Below are positions 14,266 through 26,959 of a DNA stretch of 64,000 nt, piece by piece. This stretch comes from Hydrolagus colliei. Taxonomy: Eukaryota. Below the pieces are notes generated by a model. It was not told the DNA's origin, made no database searches, and saw only the letters and a list, made by a program, of their open reading frames with translations. The position numbers and the translations under genes were made by a program. Each line of letters starts with the position of its first letter. The first letter of the stretch is position 1. The stretch covers positions 18,414,001 to 18,478,000 of the forward strand of contig CM068754.1 in the NCBI GenBank assembly GCA_035084275.1. Reading direction: 5' to 3'.

Positions 14266-16809
14266 CACCGGGGAGAGAGAGAGAGAGAGCCTCTGCCAGG
14301 CGCATCCCATTCTCGAGACAATCAGTTCACGACTCACTCACCACAGCTTCATGTTAGCCTCTCTCGGGCTGCTCCTGGACTTCACATAGAGTGTGTATGT
14401 CACCTTTGCACTTACACGGTTCACGCAACCCACGTCAAAACAAGTTAGGCTCTGAGTGCACTAAACCAAATACTCTACCCCCCTACACACATACAGCTCA
14501 TGGCAGACTCATCAAACTCCTTATTGGTGACATTTTATATAGTTTTGATTATTATAACAGAAAACCCTGTGTGTATCATTGAATAACGTACTGTGTCGCG
14601 TATTACAGGGTTTAAAGCACTATAAAACAACACACGTTACTGGGTATATTCCAACATGTTAGAGTAACCCACTGTATCACTGAGTAAATCTACTGTAAAT
14701 TGTATAATACACAGGGTTTTACTGAGTAAACTCTCCGATCCCAGGGTGTCTCTGATGATTGTGAAGGAATTGGCTCTATGTACTTGCCTGCCACCTGCCT
14801 GGTGCTTTGGATTGCAAGGCTGTACATCAATTTCCTATGAGGAGCCTGCTCAGCAAACAGCTAATAAGAGATTCGCGGAGTCTGAATGCAATTCGTACCA
14901 ATAATGGCTTTGATGAGGACGCGCGCCTAGCTACACTACTCGAGTCTTTAGCTGCAGATGGAATATCCGTATGCGTTAACCTTCAGAGAGGGACTGGCGA
15001 GCAACAGCAAGGAAAAAAAAACACGTCACATCTGATCGTCTACCAATAGCCATTATCCACGCCACACAATGAGACTCCTCCGAACTGCACCCCTTGTCCC
15101 TCCACTTCCCAGCCAATACTCAGATAGAGAGCCATTAGGTTTGCCCTGCTGGCATTTTCCAGCAGAGAAGCTTCAGGCCATGATAGTTGGGAAGTCCTCT
15201 TGACGTGAAAGGCGCTATATACAAGTGTCATGTTGTTGTTGTTGTTGTTGTTGTTGTTACCCATTGGCCTTTGGGTACATCTCCCGGCTAAGTTGCACTT
15301 CGCATTAACAGTTAAATAATCCCCACACGACTCAGAGAAATGGGAATCAAAAGGGTCTAAAAGTGAAACCCCAAACCCAGAGAGAGGATTGGGTCTCTAA
15401 TGGTTTCACCCAATCCTGACTAAGGAGGCACAGGTGGTGAGGAACCAATTTCAACCCCAAGTCGAATACAATAAAAATGTTCCTTTTTTTTCACTTATTA
15501 GTGAACACTGAATTTGGGGGAAATAAATTACATAACGTCTCTCAAAAGGGACACAAATAATATTGTGGAGGATACAGCAACTTGAATTAATAGATAACAG
15601 TTCAGATTCAGCTCAACTCTATGCTGACACTGCATCACGAAACAACATATAAACCTGGCAAGTAGAATCACAGGTGAAAACTAGAAGCCTTGGTTGTGTT
15701 ATTGAGTGAAACCCGGTGGCTGAACTTCCACGTAAAATATTATTACATAATGTACAGACCCACAGGAGAGATGGCAATGCATTCAACTAGATTAACGATG
15801 GATCAATAACTGTCCTGCGCCTTGGGACGTCCTCCTGACGTGAAAGGCGCTATACAAAGGTAATTTCGCAGTTAGTTAGTTAGTTAGTTAATTAGTTAGA
15901 AAGCATGACTAGAAGTGCATTTGGTTAGGAGACAGACAGTTGGTGATTGGTATGCCACAGGGAGTCAACACCGGCACCAAAACTCTCTGTTATTTTTGTA
16001 GACTGTTTAGTGACTGCAACCACAGATGCCAAAACAAATTCTGAATGACTCTAAACTAGGATCAATTTGCACAAATTACAGGAAAGGGTTGGAATCTATG
16101 GAGGGAAGAGGCAGATGTAAGTTTAATAGGGAGATATATAATGTTATGAGATTTGGCAGAAGAGTGTCTAACAAAGCACATTGAGCAGATATCCACGAAG
16201 GATTCTAGAGTATGGAATGGACAGGGAATGTCTATCATGGAGTGGTTATATAATCGGCTAACCAGCATTCCCCTGCTCCTAATTGCGCTTGTTCTTCTTG
16301 CAATGAGGCTACACTTGTGAAAGATATATTTATCTGTACACAAATCTGGCAATGAGCTGAACGCAATTTCTCAATGCCCTAAGTAGATAGAGATAGGTTC
16401 TTGCCAATTTAAATTCAGAATGGCTTGACGTTATCACCAATACTTACTTATTGCCGTTGGGGTTTCAACAACAACAACTTGGATTTATACAGCGCCCTCC
16501 ACGCTGAACTGCGTCGTGACGGTGGGCACTATCTGTTGTTATTTTACTGTTTGCGAGATATCTATTCTCTGGTTTGCTCTCAATCAACCAGGTCCTGCCC
16601 TTTCAGCTGTCTGGGATGCGTGAGAGGTGACATGCCAAAGCGTGAGATGAACAGCGCGACAACAGCTGGGAGAGACAACAACTGTCACAACACAGAAACG
16701 AGGAAAGAAAATAGCTGGACCCACAGAGATGTGGGCCAACAATGACGCCAGAGACATGCTTCCCCCCCAACCCTCTCTCCCCGCCACCCCCCACCCCTAA
16801 CACACACAC

Positions 16810-17000
16810 ACACACACAATAATAAAAATGGATAATTTTCAATACACGACTGTTTGTGTGGGGGACGCTGCTGTGTGCAAATGCCGTGTTTCGCTCGCCC
16901 ACAAATAAACAGTCAATTCACTTTACAGTATATTCTGTGAAGCCGATAAGATGTGAAAAGCCACGATATCAAATGCATGGATTATTATTATTATTATTAC
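16810..17000 (+). mobile_element. tRNA SINE 3' half
   Basis: Core plus tail. Confidence 0.75.
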
Positions 17001-19159
17001 ACACGCACACAGAGAGCAGACACCTCCACTCCCGCCGCCCCCCCCCCACCATCCCACACCCCCCTCCCCACTCCCCTGGGAACAGACTACACAGATTAAC
17101 AGTGAGACAAGCGATCGCTACGTGGAGATTATTTGCGATGTGTTTTTTGTTGGAAGATGGATGCCCGACACATGTAGAAACCCATCGCTAGGACCGAAGA
17201 ACATCCAAACCAAACTCTGGAGCCTGGTTTAATGGGTTTGGGCATAAGTGAGGACAACCCCGGCTGACCTATATATAAAAAATACATAAATGGAACAATT
17301 CCCATGAAAGGCACCCAGTCTTTGTGCGAACACTCCCAGGTGACAGCCAGCAGCAGAGGAACTGTCTTGTTTTTGCACACACTGCCTTCAGACATTGTTT
17401 AGAGTTGTAATGCCACAGGCAACAGCAATCATTGGGTTGATATGGTCTAAAGCAAAGGCGGGCTCCATCGTCAACGCGCTGGGCGTTGCATTAAAAGAGC
17501 TGCTCGACTTTCCTCTTCGACCGCGCCTTTGGTCACCTTTCTCCCCCTGCCCCTGGCTTGGTCCCGGGATCCCGGTTACTGTGAAGCGCTCTGCGATGCT
17601 GTCCGGCGTGGAGTGAGGGCACTATATGAATCGAAGTTGTTGTTGTTGTTGGATGCCACCAGCTGATACCTCCGCAGAATGAGTAAAAACCCTCTTAAAG
17701 TGCGAGTGGGCAGATCAAGCTGACACTTTCTTGAAGAGAATCTCTCTTGCGCTGGACAGAAACAGGGAGACACCCCCAAACTGATGGGGAGAGGGGTGGG
17801 AGGGGAGGGGAGGGGGGAATGGGATCTCCTGAAATGTAGAACTCGCACTTTCAAATCATTGCTGTGTAGTCCATCTTCATGCACATATAATTCACCTTGC
17901 TCATCGCGTGTAGATTTGGCAATGATGTTGAATTATTTAAAATGCTTTAAAATGTAAAAACAATCTTCAATATAATAGGTGGCTTCATTCCCACAGCCCG
18001 GCAGGGCAGTCTGTTCGTTATCTGTCCTTGATTAAGTGAGTTATTCCCCTTCCTCCTTCCAATCCATTGGATTGGGCGTCTGATAAATAGACTATATATA
18101 TCAACAGGTTCTCAAGGATAAAACCTAATCCTTTATTCTCGCAGGAGGCTGTAGGTACATTACTAATGGATTCTACAGGAGACCACTGCCCCCCGCCACC
18201 ACCCCCCTACCACACCCTCACCATTATCATGTGAGGATATGGGATATCAAAGCGTGTCCACCTCCCAGCGAGAGGTAGAGACATATCCATATTTAGCCCA
18301 TCAACTCTGTCCCGGCTCTTTGAAAAAACCCCTCAAATGTACACATATGACTGAAGCTATTCCCTTCCCAGGCTCAGCCCCAAGTCAAGATAGTAGTTGG
18401 CATATAACCATGGCTGTGTCCTTACTCACATGGCTTCCAGATGTTGGGGCAATTTCAAAAACCAGGTGTAGACACACAACCATTTATCCTTCTGATGTGG
18501 AACCCCAACAAGCCTCCAAATTGGCAACGTGGACTAGAGAGAGAAGCCTTGAAGTGACACCAATTTTTTTTTTCTTATGACCCCCCCTTTAAATTATCTA
18601 ATGCCTTCAGCCACCCCATCCTACCTCCTCCCTCTGCCCTCCCTCAGCCCAGGAAGCAAAGGCGGCTGCTAGAAACCGGGGAAGGCTTGTCAAAGGAAAC
18701 CAGGAGAAAGGTGGAAGGGAGAGGTGTCATGTTGAGAATGTATTGAAAAGGACAAAGGACAATAAAGAAAGTATTCTGTAAGTGTGAATGTGGGGGGGGG
18801 GTAAAGATGGCAGACACGAGCACTCCCTGACACTGGTTCCATCCCATTCCACGGCACTCCGTCTCTCCACCTCCCCTCCCCCACCCCCCCACCCTCCCCC
18901 CCACCCCTCACCAGCTGTGGGTTACATACGATACACAGTGATAGTATTGTACTCTGTAAAATGCTAAAAATCAATCAATAAAATACAGTATCTACAAACA
19001 GAAAGATAGTGAGATCTAGAGCAGAATAATACAGTATCGAGTTTCCTCAACTGAAGAATTCCACAACCTTGCATCTCGCAAACCAAATAATTTACTACAA
19101 ATTCATTCATTCTCACCCCCCCTCCCCCCCCCACCCCCCCCTTCCACCAACCAATGATG

Positions 19160-19680
19160 ACAACAACAACAACTTGGGATTTATACAGCGCCTTACATTT
19201 GTATAGCGGCGACTTTCAGGTCAGGAGGACATCCCAAGGCCCTGGACAGTCACCCGAGCTACTGGTTGGGATCAGGAGGGGTGGAGGGCGGGGAGGGGGG
19301 GGAGTAGGAGGGTGACCGAAGGCACGCTGGAAGAAAGGGGTTTTGAGACCGGCCTTGAAGGTGGCACGGGAAGGGGTGAGGCGGAGGGACTGAAGGATGG
19401 AGTTCCAGAGGCCAGGGCAGAGAGGCTGAAGGCCCAACCAACAATGGTGGGGTGGAGCAGACTGGAGCTCGTTTAGCAGAGGGAGCAGACAGGTTGGTAG
19501 GAAGTTAGGTCACAGAGGTAGGGACGAGCAAGACCATGGAGGACTCTGAAGGTGAGGACCAGAATCTTGAACTGTATCTTCTGAGTGATGGGGAACCAGT
19601 GGAGCCTGGACAAGGATACGGGGTGACAGGGTCACGGAGCGTGGGTCAGGAGAGGTCAAAGGCTGCAGAGTAACAATACT
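19160..19680 (-). mobile_element. L2-clade LINE 3' fragment with (TTG)n tail
   Basis: Reverse-strand similarity to the 26960-27660 and 60720-61082 copies. Confidence 0.75.
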
Positions 19681-20123
19681 CCAGATAAACATTGGTTAAC
19701 CATTTCATCACAAGTAATAATTCCTTTCATGTCAGGAGGATGTCTCAAACTGCTTCACGGATTTAGTGGGAAGTGTAATGACTGAGTGTCCAAAAAAATC
19801 CAATCCCTTGATTGGAAAAGGTACATTTTTAACCCAAATATTACAAATGTTTGTTTTTCTTGATCCCGATTCTCGCTGAAATTCAGATGTTTAAACCATG
19901 GAACTGTAGAATTTGGCAGTACCGAATGAGGCCCCTTCAGAGGTCAGGGGGTATTTAGAGCAATAGAGAGAAAGATAGAGAGAAAGAAAATTGGATAAAT
20001 GGTTCTGTCGCAATTGAATGCACAAACGCAACAGGCTGGATGGGCTGAAAAGCCTCTTCTTGCTCCTGTGTTACAGAGATAAGATGGCTCCAGGTATTTG
20101 CACTAGGCAATGGGTGAAGAAAA

Positions 20124-20470
20124 GCAAGTTTCCTCACTCCCCACACCTGATAATAATCCTTCAAGAAAAACCCCCCAATAAATAATAAATTGGGGACTCA
20201 ATCCACGACTGTTTGTGGGGGGGGGGGGGGGGGAGAAACGCAGCTGTGTGCAATTGGCTGCCGCGTTTTGTCCCCCCCACTCACCCCCCCCGAAAAAAAA
20301 TACAGTCAATTCACTTTACAATCCACAGTACTAGGCAATAATAATAATCCTTGCATTTGATATAGCGGTTTTCACATCCACGTCTCAAAGCGCTTCCCAG
20401 AATATATATAGTCTTTGACATCTAGAAGACATGAACAGCCCCATATCAAATGCAAGGATTATTATTATTT
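20124..20470 (+). mobile_element. tRNA SINE with a nested inverted SINE tail
   Basis: Plus-strand copy interrupted at ~20337-20405 by a reverse-strand tail. Confidence 0.75.
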
Positions 20471-21250
20471 TAATGATAAAAGGGCGACTAGGAACCCACA
20501 CACAGGGTGGGTGGGGGGGGGGGGGGGGGGTACAGTACTAGTTGCTTAAACCCTAGCCAAAAAGCTAAACCCCAAATCACAGTGACTGGCTGTGAATATT
20601 CCTATCTGGGTGCTCACTCTCTCTCTCACACCTCACAGTGAGCGGTATCTACACACACAGGACTATTAACACAGCGTTGGCAGTTGGGAGGGAAAAAATG
20701 GTGAAGAGGGATTGGTGCTGTTTGTGTGGAGATGAGAAGACAAGGAGACACCTTCCCGCCGAGGGCATCACGCCCTTCACAGAGGTCTACCAATGGCGTG
20801 AGATCCACCAACAGTGAGGAACTGCCAACACCTCCCTCCTCCCTCCCTCCCAGTTGCTGGAGATGTGGGGAAGGGGAAGTGGAAGGAAGGAGGAAGGAAG
20901 CAGAGGGTCCCAGGTTACCGCACGGTGGCACTCATTGCTTGTCCTGTACACAGCATTTCACACACACACACCCACCCACCCACCGCCTTCCCCTCCCCTC
21001 CCCTTCCCAACTGCAGCAGATCTCACTCAATCCCAATGGCCATCACTCTCTCTGTCTCTCTCCCATCCTCTCGGTCTCTCTCCTACCCTCTGTCTCTCTC
21101 CTACTCTCTCTGTCTCTCTCCCACCCTCTGTCTCTCTCCTACACTCTCTGTCTCTCTCCCACCTTCTGTCTCTCTCCCACGCTCTCTATCTCCCACTGTC
21201 TCACTGTGCGTTATTGTATTAATATTGCCCCCCTCCCTCCCTCTCCCCCA

Positions 21251-21450
21251 NNNNNNNNNNNNNNNNNNNNNNNNNNNNNNNNNNNNNNNNNNNNNNNNNN
21301 NNNNNNNNNNNNNNNNNNNNNNNNNNNNNNNNNNNNNNNNNNNNNNNNNNNNNNNNNNNNNNNNNNNNNNNNNNNNNNNNNNNNNNNNNNNNNNNNNNNN
21401 NNNNNNNNNNNNNNNNNNNNNNNNNNNNNNNNNNNNNNNNNNNNNNNNNN
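21251..21450. other. Assembly gap (200 N)
   Basis: N run. Confidence 1.
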
Positions 21451-22189
21451 TGTTATGTGGGCAGACAAAAAAACATTATCAAATGCCATCATTCCTGTGG
21501 CTGCATGTGGGAGTGTTTATGTTTCCTGTGAAGTGATGTGTTATTTATTATATTAACAAACACTCATGCTTTTCCTCATCCTTCCAGTGAGTGACGGGAA
21601 CTCGAGGCCAGTGTGTGAACACTCCCACTATTGCAGGAAAGAAGCTGAGGGTAGGGTGGGGGGGGGTTTTAATTCAAGGGTTAAAGAGCGAAGCCTCCAC
21701 ATAGCAGCCACAGCTATTTAACGCAGCTGTGTTTCACTCATTATTATTGGTGTAATGACATTTAATCAAAGCTGTAATTCCATTAACAATTCATGAGAAT
21801 GATTAATGTGAGCTGGAGTTTGATCCCTGACACTCGGTGTGTGCCTCACTCACTCTCAGCGAGCCTCGCTGCCAGCCCTCGCTTCTCTCTCTTCACTATT
21901 TATTTGATGTGGAGCCGAGGTGCCTGGGGTGACCTGCTCACACTCGCCCTGTTCTGTTCACCAAATTACCCGAGAGAAACGGTAATTGGCAGCAAATTTA
22001 TTCAGTGTTCGATGTTACCGCACACCGCGTAAACCAGCAATAGACTAACCTCACTCTCCGCGCGATTACACAGTTAGTAATCACACTAACCCAGTAAACG
22101 TGTAACCAGGTGAGTTGCAGAGACTAGGGCAGTTATTGAGTTACTGGGAACAGCAAGAACACTGGTGTGATGGCAAACGTTTTCTGACG

Positions 22190-22405
22190 ATAATAATAAT
22201 AATAATAATAATAATCCTTGCATTTGAATGTATCTGATCGCATCTTGGAGACGTCCCAAAGCGCTTCACAGGATCTACTGTAAAGTGACTGGACTGGGTA
22301 TATATTTGTGGGCGAAATGAGGCTGCCAATTGTGCACAGCAGCGTTCCCCCCCCCCCCCCCCCCCCCCGCAAACAGTCGTGGATTCCACCAAATCAATAA
22401 TAATT
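22190..22405 (-). mobile_element. tRNA SINE 3' half
   Basis: Core plus tail. Confidence 0.8.
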
Positions 22406-24111
22406 AACTCGATGAAGTGGGGTGGGGGGGGGGTGGAGGTGGGTGGGGGTAGGTGGGTAGGGGTGGGTGAGGGGGTGGGTGGGGGTGGGTGGGGGTAGGT
22501 GGGTAGGGGTGGGTGGGGGGTGGGGAGGGGTGTTCCATGGAGACTTGCTGTTGGTTGTTACGTGTGTTGATTGTTTGACTTAGAGATTGGTGGATTGCCT
22601 TGCGATGTTGACAGTTGGATTTACCCATCGCCCTTTACGCGGACTGGCGTCTCGCAGTGTGGGTGGGTGGGGGCTGAGGTTGCGGAGCAGGAGTCGGCTG
22701 GCGGGGTGGGTGGGGGGTGGGATGTGGGGAGCAGGGGGAGGGGGAGGGAGCTAGGGGTCGGTAGAGGGGGAGGGCAGGCTCAACAGAAACGCCTTATAAT
22801 CAGGGAGTGAGGAATCCCAGCTGTAAAACTATTCCTCTCCATTAACCCACAAAGTCTCTTGTTGTCCGATGTACGATGTGGTGAATGACCCAGAGCCCAG
22901 CAGGGTTAACTCCAAACCCAGTGCTCGCCTGCTCCTGTGGTGGGTTTCCAGGATGGGTGTGGGGGGTGTGGGGGGGGGGGAGGAGGTCACTGCAACTCTC
23001 AGTCACATCTGCAAGTGACAAGACCAGAGACAGACAGTCTCAGTATGTTTTCCCACACACATCAGTGGCTCTCCCTCCACTGGGAATACAGTAAAGATTG
23101 AATATCGATCCCATTAAAGAATTACCAACTGATTTAGTGATAATTAACCCCAGTTCCTCCAGGGACAGATTTATTACCAGCCTCAATGACACTGGGTGGG
23201 TATAGGGCAAAGAGATACTCTATTGCCCTGTGACTGCGTCTCTCACCCGCGCTGTCCCTGACCTGGGAGTGTGGACGGACGCGCAGTGTAGAGGGAGCTC
23301 TACTGCTTCTCTAACCCTGACCTATCAAACGTTTATTATATACACGTGAGACATGTTCTCCACAGAGCTCCAATAACCTGATGTCATCTCAATTACAGAG
23401 GAACTGGCCTCAAGGTCTCCCCAGGGGTTCTCACCTCAGAGCAACCAGCAACAAAGCGATGGTCAGCTTCGATGACGGAGACATAGGCTCACTCAGGGAG
23501 GCCGCGGGGCAAGGAGGACAAGTTAAAGTCATACACCAAGAAGTACAGTACAGTACAGTGGTCCTTTCGAGCCAAAGGAGGACTGCTGGAAGGTGTTACC
23601 AGACAGGTATCATTGTTGGGTCACTGGGTCATTGATTCGGACACGGAGAGGGTGCCTTGGGACGTCCTCCCGACGTGAAAGACGCTCGATAAATGTAATT
23701 TTGTTGTTTGTTGAGGGTGGGAATTCCCTGTGTGTGTGTGTGTGCGCCCACTATTAGGTGAGCACTGAATCTCAGTTAGGTGGTGTTTTTTTGCCTGGCT
23801 GCCTCTCACACTCAAGAGCCTCGTGTTTACCGAGAGGCTGGCTTGATGATCCATGAGTAATGGAGATTTCTCCGTCGGCCACGTCATTTCGGCGTTTCTG
23901 CTAAAGGACCAACTGAATGGCTCTCACACCCACTCCATCCTCTGCCCTCAGCCAGCAACAATCCCACTCACACACCCACCCACAACACAGCACGCACCCA
24001 TCTGGGTAACAGCAGTCAGTGTTCACATCTCACTCACAGCCTCGCACTGAATCACATGCTGTTTGTGTGTGTCTGTGAATATATGTGTTTGTGTATGTAT
24101 TATTGTGATTT

Positions 24112-24500
24112 CAGTAGCCCAGTGGTTAGAGCCACTCACTCCCCTAACAAGCCTGAGACCTGTGTTCGATTCCAGGCAGGTCGGGGCGAAACCTTGGGCA
24201 AGTTTCCTTACTACACACACACACACAGAGACACACACACACACACGCTCGCATGATAATAATCCATCCAAAAGAAAACCATAATAAATTGGTCATTTCA
24301 ATCTATGACTGTGTGGGGGGGAGGTGGGGTGTGGGGGGGGGGGGGGGGGGACGCTACTGTGCGCAATTGGCTGCCGCGTTTCGCCCAGAAAATATATATA
24401 TACAGTCAATTCACTTCACAGTATATTCTGTGAAGTACTTGAGGTGTCTAGAAGATGTGAAAAGCCGCGATATCAAACGCAAGGATTATTATTATTATTG
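24112..24500 (+). mobile_element. Near full-length tRNA-derived DeuSINE-like SINE (~30 copies or fragments in the window)
   Basis: tRNA-like head with A/B boxes, central ggtcat...gctgtgcgcaattggctgccgcgtttc Deu-like core, L2-like tail and (TTA)n. Confidence 0.85.
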
Positions 24501-25329
24501 TTTTAATGTCCTTTCTATTCCTTCCACATCTTCTCTGCCTCCGATGGGATTTGCCCAAAGGTTCCATGTGGTCCTGATGTGCCCCCTACTGGTTGCCCTT
24601 GTCAAGGTAGAGCAGCAGAGTCGGGGTGTGTGTGTGAGGGTGTGTGGGTATGTGTATGGAGCTGAAGAGGAGTGTGTGTGTGTGTGTGTGCGAGGGGAAG
24701 GGGAGTCTGTGTGCGGGTGGGAGTGCTAAGGTGTGTGAAGAGGGTGGTGTGTGGGGGGGTGTGAGGGGAGTGTTTGTGTGTGGGTTGGATGGGGAGGATT
24801 GTGAGGACGTGTGTTGGGGTGGGCGGGCGGGGGGTGGGGAGGGGCTGGGGTGGAGTTAGGGGGAGCAAAGTTTAGGCAATTCAGAAAACCGATGGGATAG
24901 AAGATCTCTTGCCCATTAAAAAAAAGCAAAAAATAGTTTATGTCTGTAGCTTCAAACCCAACTGTAAATCATTATTATCCAACATGATCTGTGATTAGGC
25001 CAGTGCCAGAGTTAGACTGTAATTACAGGCCAGATGTTTGAGGAACAGTTAAACATTAAATAAAGAGGCCACTCGATCTTTATTTAGGGAGAGCAGGTCT
25101 GTTAGATTACAGGGAGAGAGCTGGGCAGTGTGATTGAGTTGCTCACAGACTAGATGGGCCAAATGGCCTCATTTTGTGCCGTAAAATTCTATGATTCTAT
25201 GATTCATTGAAGCCCCTCGAGCTTCCTCAACAGCTCAACAGGCACCTGGTGATGGCGGGAGAGAGGGCAAGTCAGCCTCTCACAACACTGTGTACCCTGA
25301 TCAGCCACAGTGAGCTACGAGCTCAGTCG

Positions 25330-25710
25330 CACAACTATACACACACACAGCTACACACACCGACACAACTACACACGCAAACACAACTACACACACACAC
25401 AGCTACGCACACACACACACACGCACCTTCACACACGGCTATATACATATAGCTACACACACATGGCTACTACACACACAGCTACACACACACACGCCTA
25501 TACACACACAGCTACACACACATACAGAGATACACACACAGATATACACACACACATAGATATACACACACACAGATACACACACAGTCACACTCAGAGT
25601 TATGCACAGAGTTACACACATAGTTACACAGTTACAAACGCACAGCTACACACGCACACACCCAGATACACAGTTATCACACACACACATACAGTGACAC
25701 AACGACACAC
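25330..25710 (+). repeat. Degenerate (CA)n-rich microsatellite
   Basis: Read directly. Confidence 0.9.
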
Positions 25711-26336
25711 TCCAGCTCTACCAGCAAATTCCATTCATTCGTTTATTCCTGACACCAAATAAAACTTCATAATCATTTAAAGGTTTGAGGTACATATGCT
25801 TTCCCCCTGGCAGCCGGCAGCTGTTCTGGCTGATGTACGTCGCACGCACACAGTGATACTGTAAACACAGCCATCCTCAGCGGGCTCGGAGACGCCTCAA
25901 AGCGCCTCAGACACAAGACACTTGTTGAAAAGGAATTGACATGCGTCTGCGGGTGAACCGAGTACCGAGGTGTTAGCTGCAGGGATGTGGGAAACGGGCA
26001 GGTAACCTCAGGCCTGAGAAGGCTCTCTATCATTCCGGGTTGTCGATGTTGTGTTGTTGCTGATGAAAGGATAGCTGTTCAAAGAGCGGCTGCTGTCACG
26101 ACAGACTTTCTTTTGTCACTGTAAACTCTACGGTATTGAAATTGAGCAAGATTAGAAACACTCATTCTGGCCTCAACTCAACCAAGAGAGGCGGACACTC
26201 CCTCCTCCTATTCTGATAGACTGTTGGGCAAGACGCTAGTGAACTCGTGAATAGCTTTAGATACACAGTCACGCAACCCCACAAACTTAGCAGAGCTGCG
26301 CTGTACTGATTGACAGATTCTGATTGACTGTACTGA

Positions 26337-26384
26337 TTACACTTCACCCAATTCGCTGTATAAAGCGAATTGGGTGAAGTGTAA
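26337..26384. repeat. Perfect inverted repeat, 21-bp arms, 6-nt loop
   Basis: TTACACTTCACCCAATTCGCT-gtataa-AGCGAATTGGGTGAAGTGTAA. Confidence 0.95.
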
Positions 26385-26791
26385 ACTGTGGAGGTTCCAT
26401 TGGCTTATCAACCAAGGCATGGACTGACTTGTTCCCAGGCTCTGCATTCTCTGTAACTCACGCTGGCCAGTAGGCTATCCACACCCAGTCCCCACTCACT
26501 CACTCCCTCACTCGCTCATTCACTCGCTCACTTCGCTCGCTCACTCGCTCACTCACTCTGGTCTGGATAATCTGACTTGAACCCAATCCTCTCTCTCACT
26601 CTCTCTCTCTCTCACTTGGTTAAGCGCAATCTGAATTTAAAAAAAACCTGTGATTTGAACTGCTTGCTCACTGCTTATCATTTAGCTCATTTGTTTGTTT
26701 TAGCTTATAATGACGCTCACTCTCCTGGTTCATCTCTCTCTCCCTCTCTCTCCCTCGTTGTGGTGACGTCTGAAGTTGTTCCGTGGATTAG

Positions 26792-26839
26792 ATTTGGTTA
26801 ATGTATCACATAGTAAACTATGTGATACATTAACCAAAT
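26792..26839. repeat. Perfect inverted repeat, 23-bp arms, 2-nt loop
   Basis: ATTTGGTTAATGTATCACATAGT-aa-ACTATGTGATACATTAACCAAAT. Confidence 0.95.
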
Positions 26840-26959
26840 TGGTCCCCCCAACCCTGGCCCCCTCCCCTGCCCCCCCCCCCCCCCCCCCCCACCCACCCAC
26901 CACCACCACCTTCCCCAGTCCCACACCTGCCTTGCGCACACTTCCTACATATCCCTCCA

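Noticed and set aside
20726-21556. ORFs of 240-276 aa
   Set aside because: They span a (CT)-rich tract and the 200-N gap.
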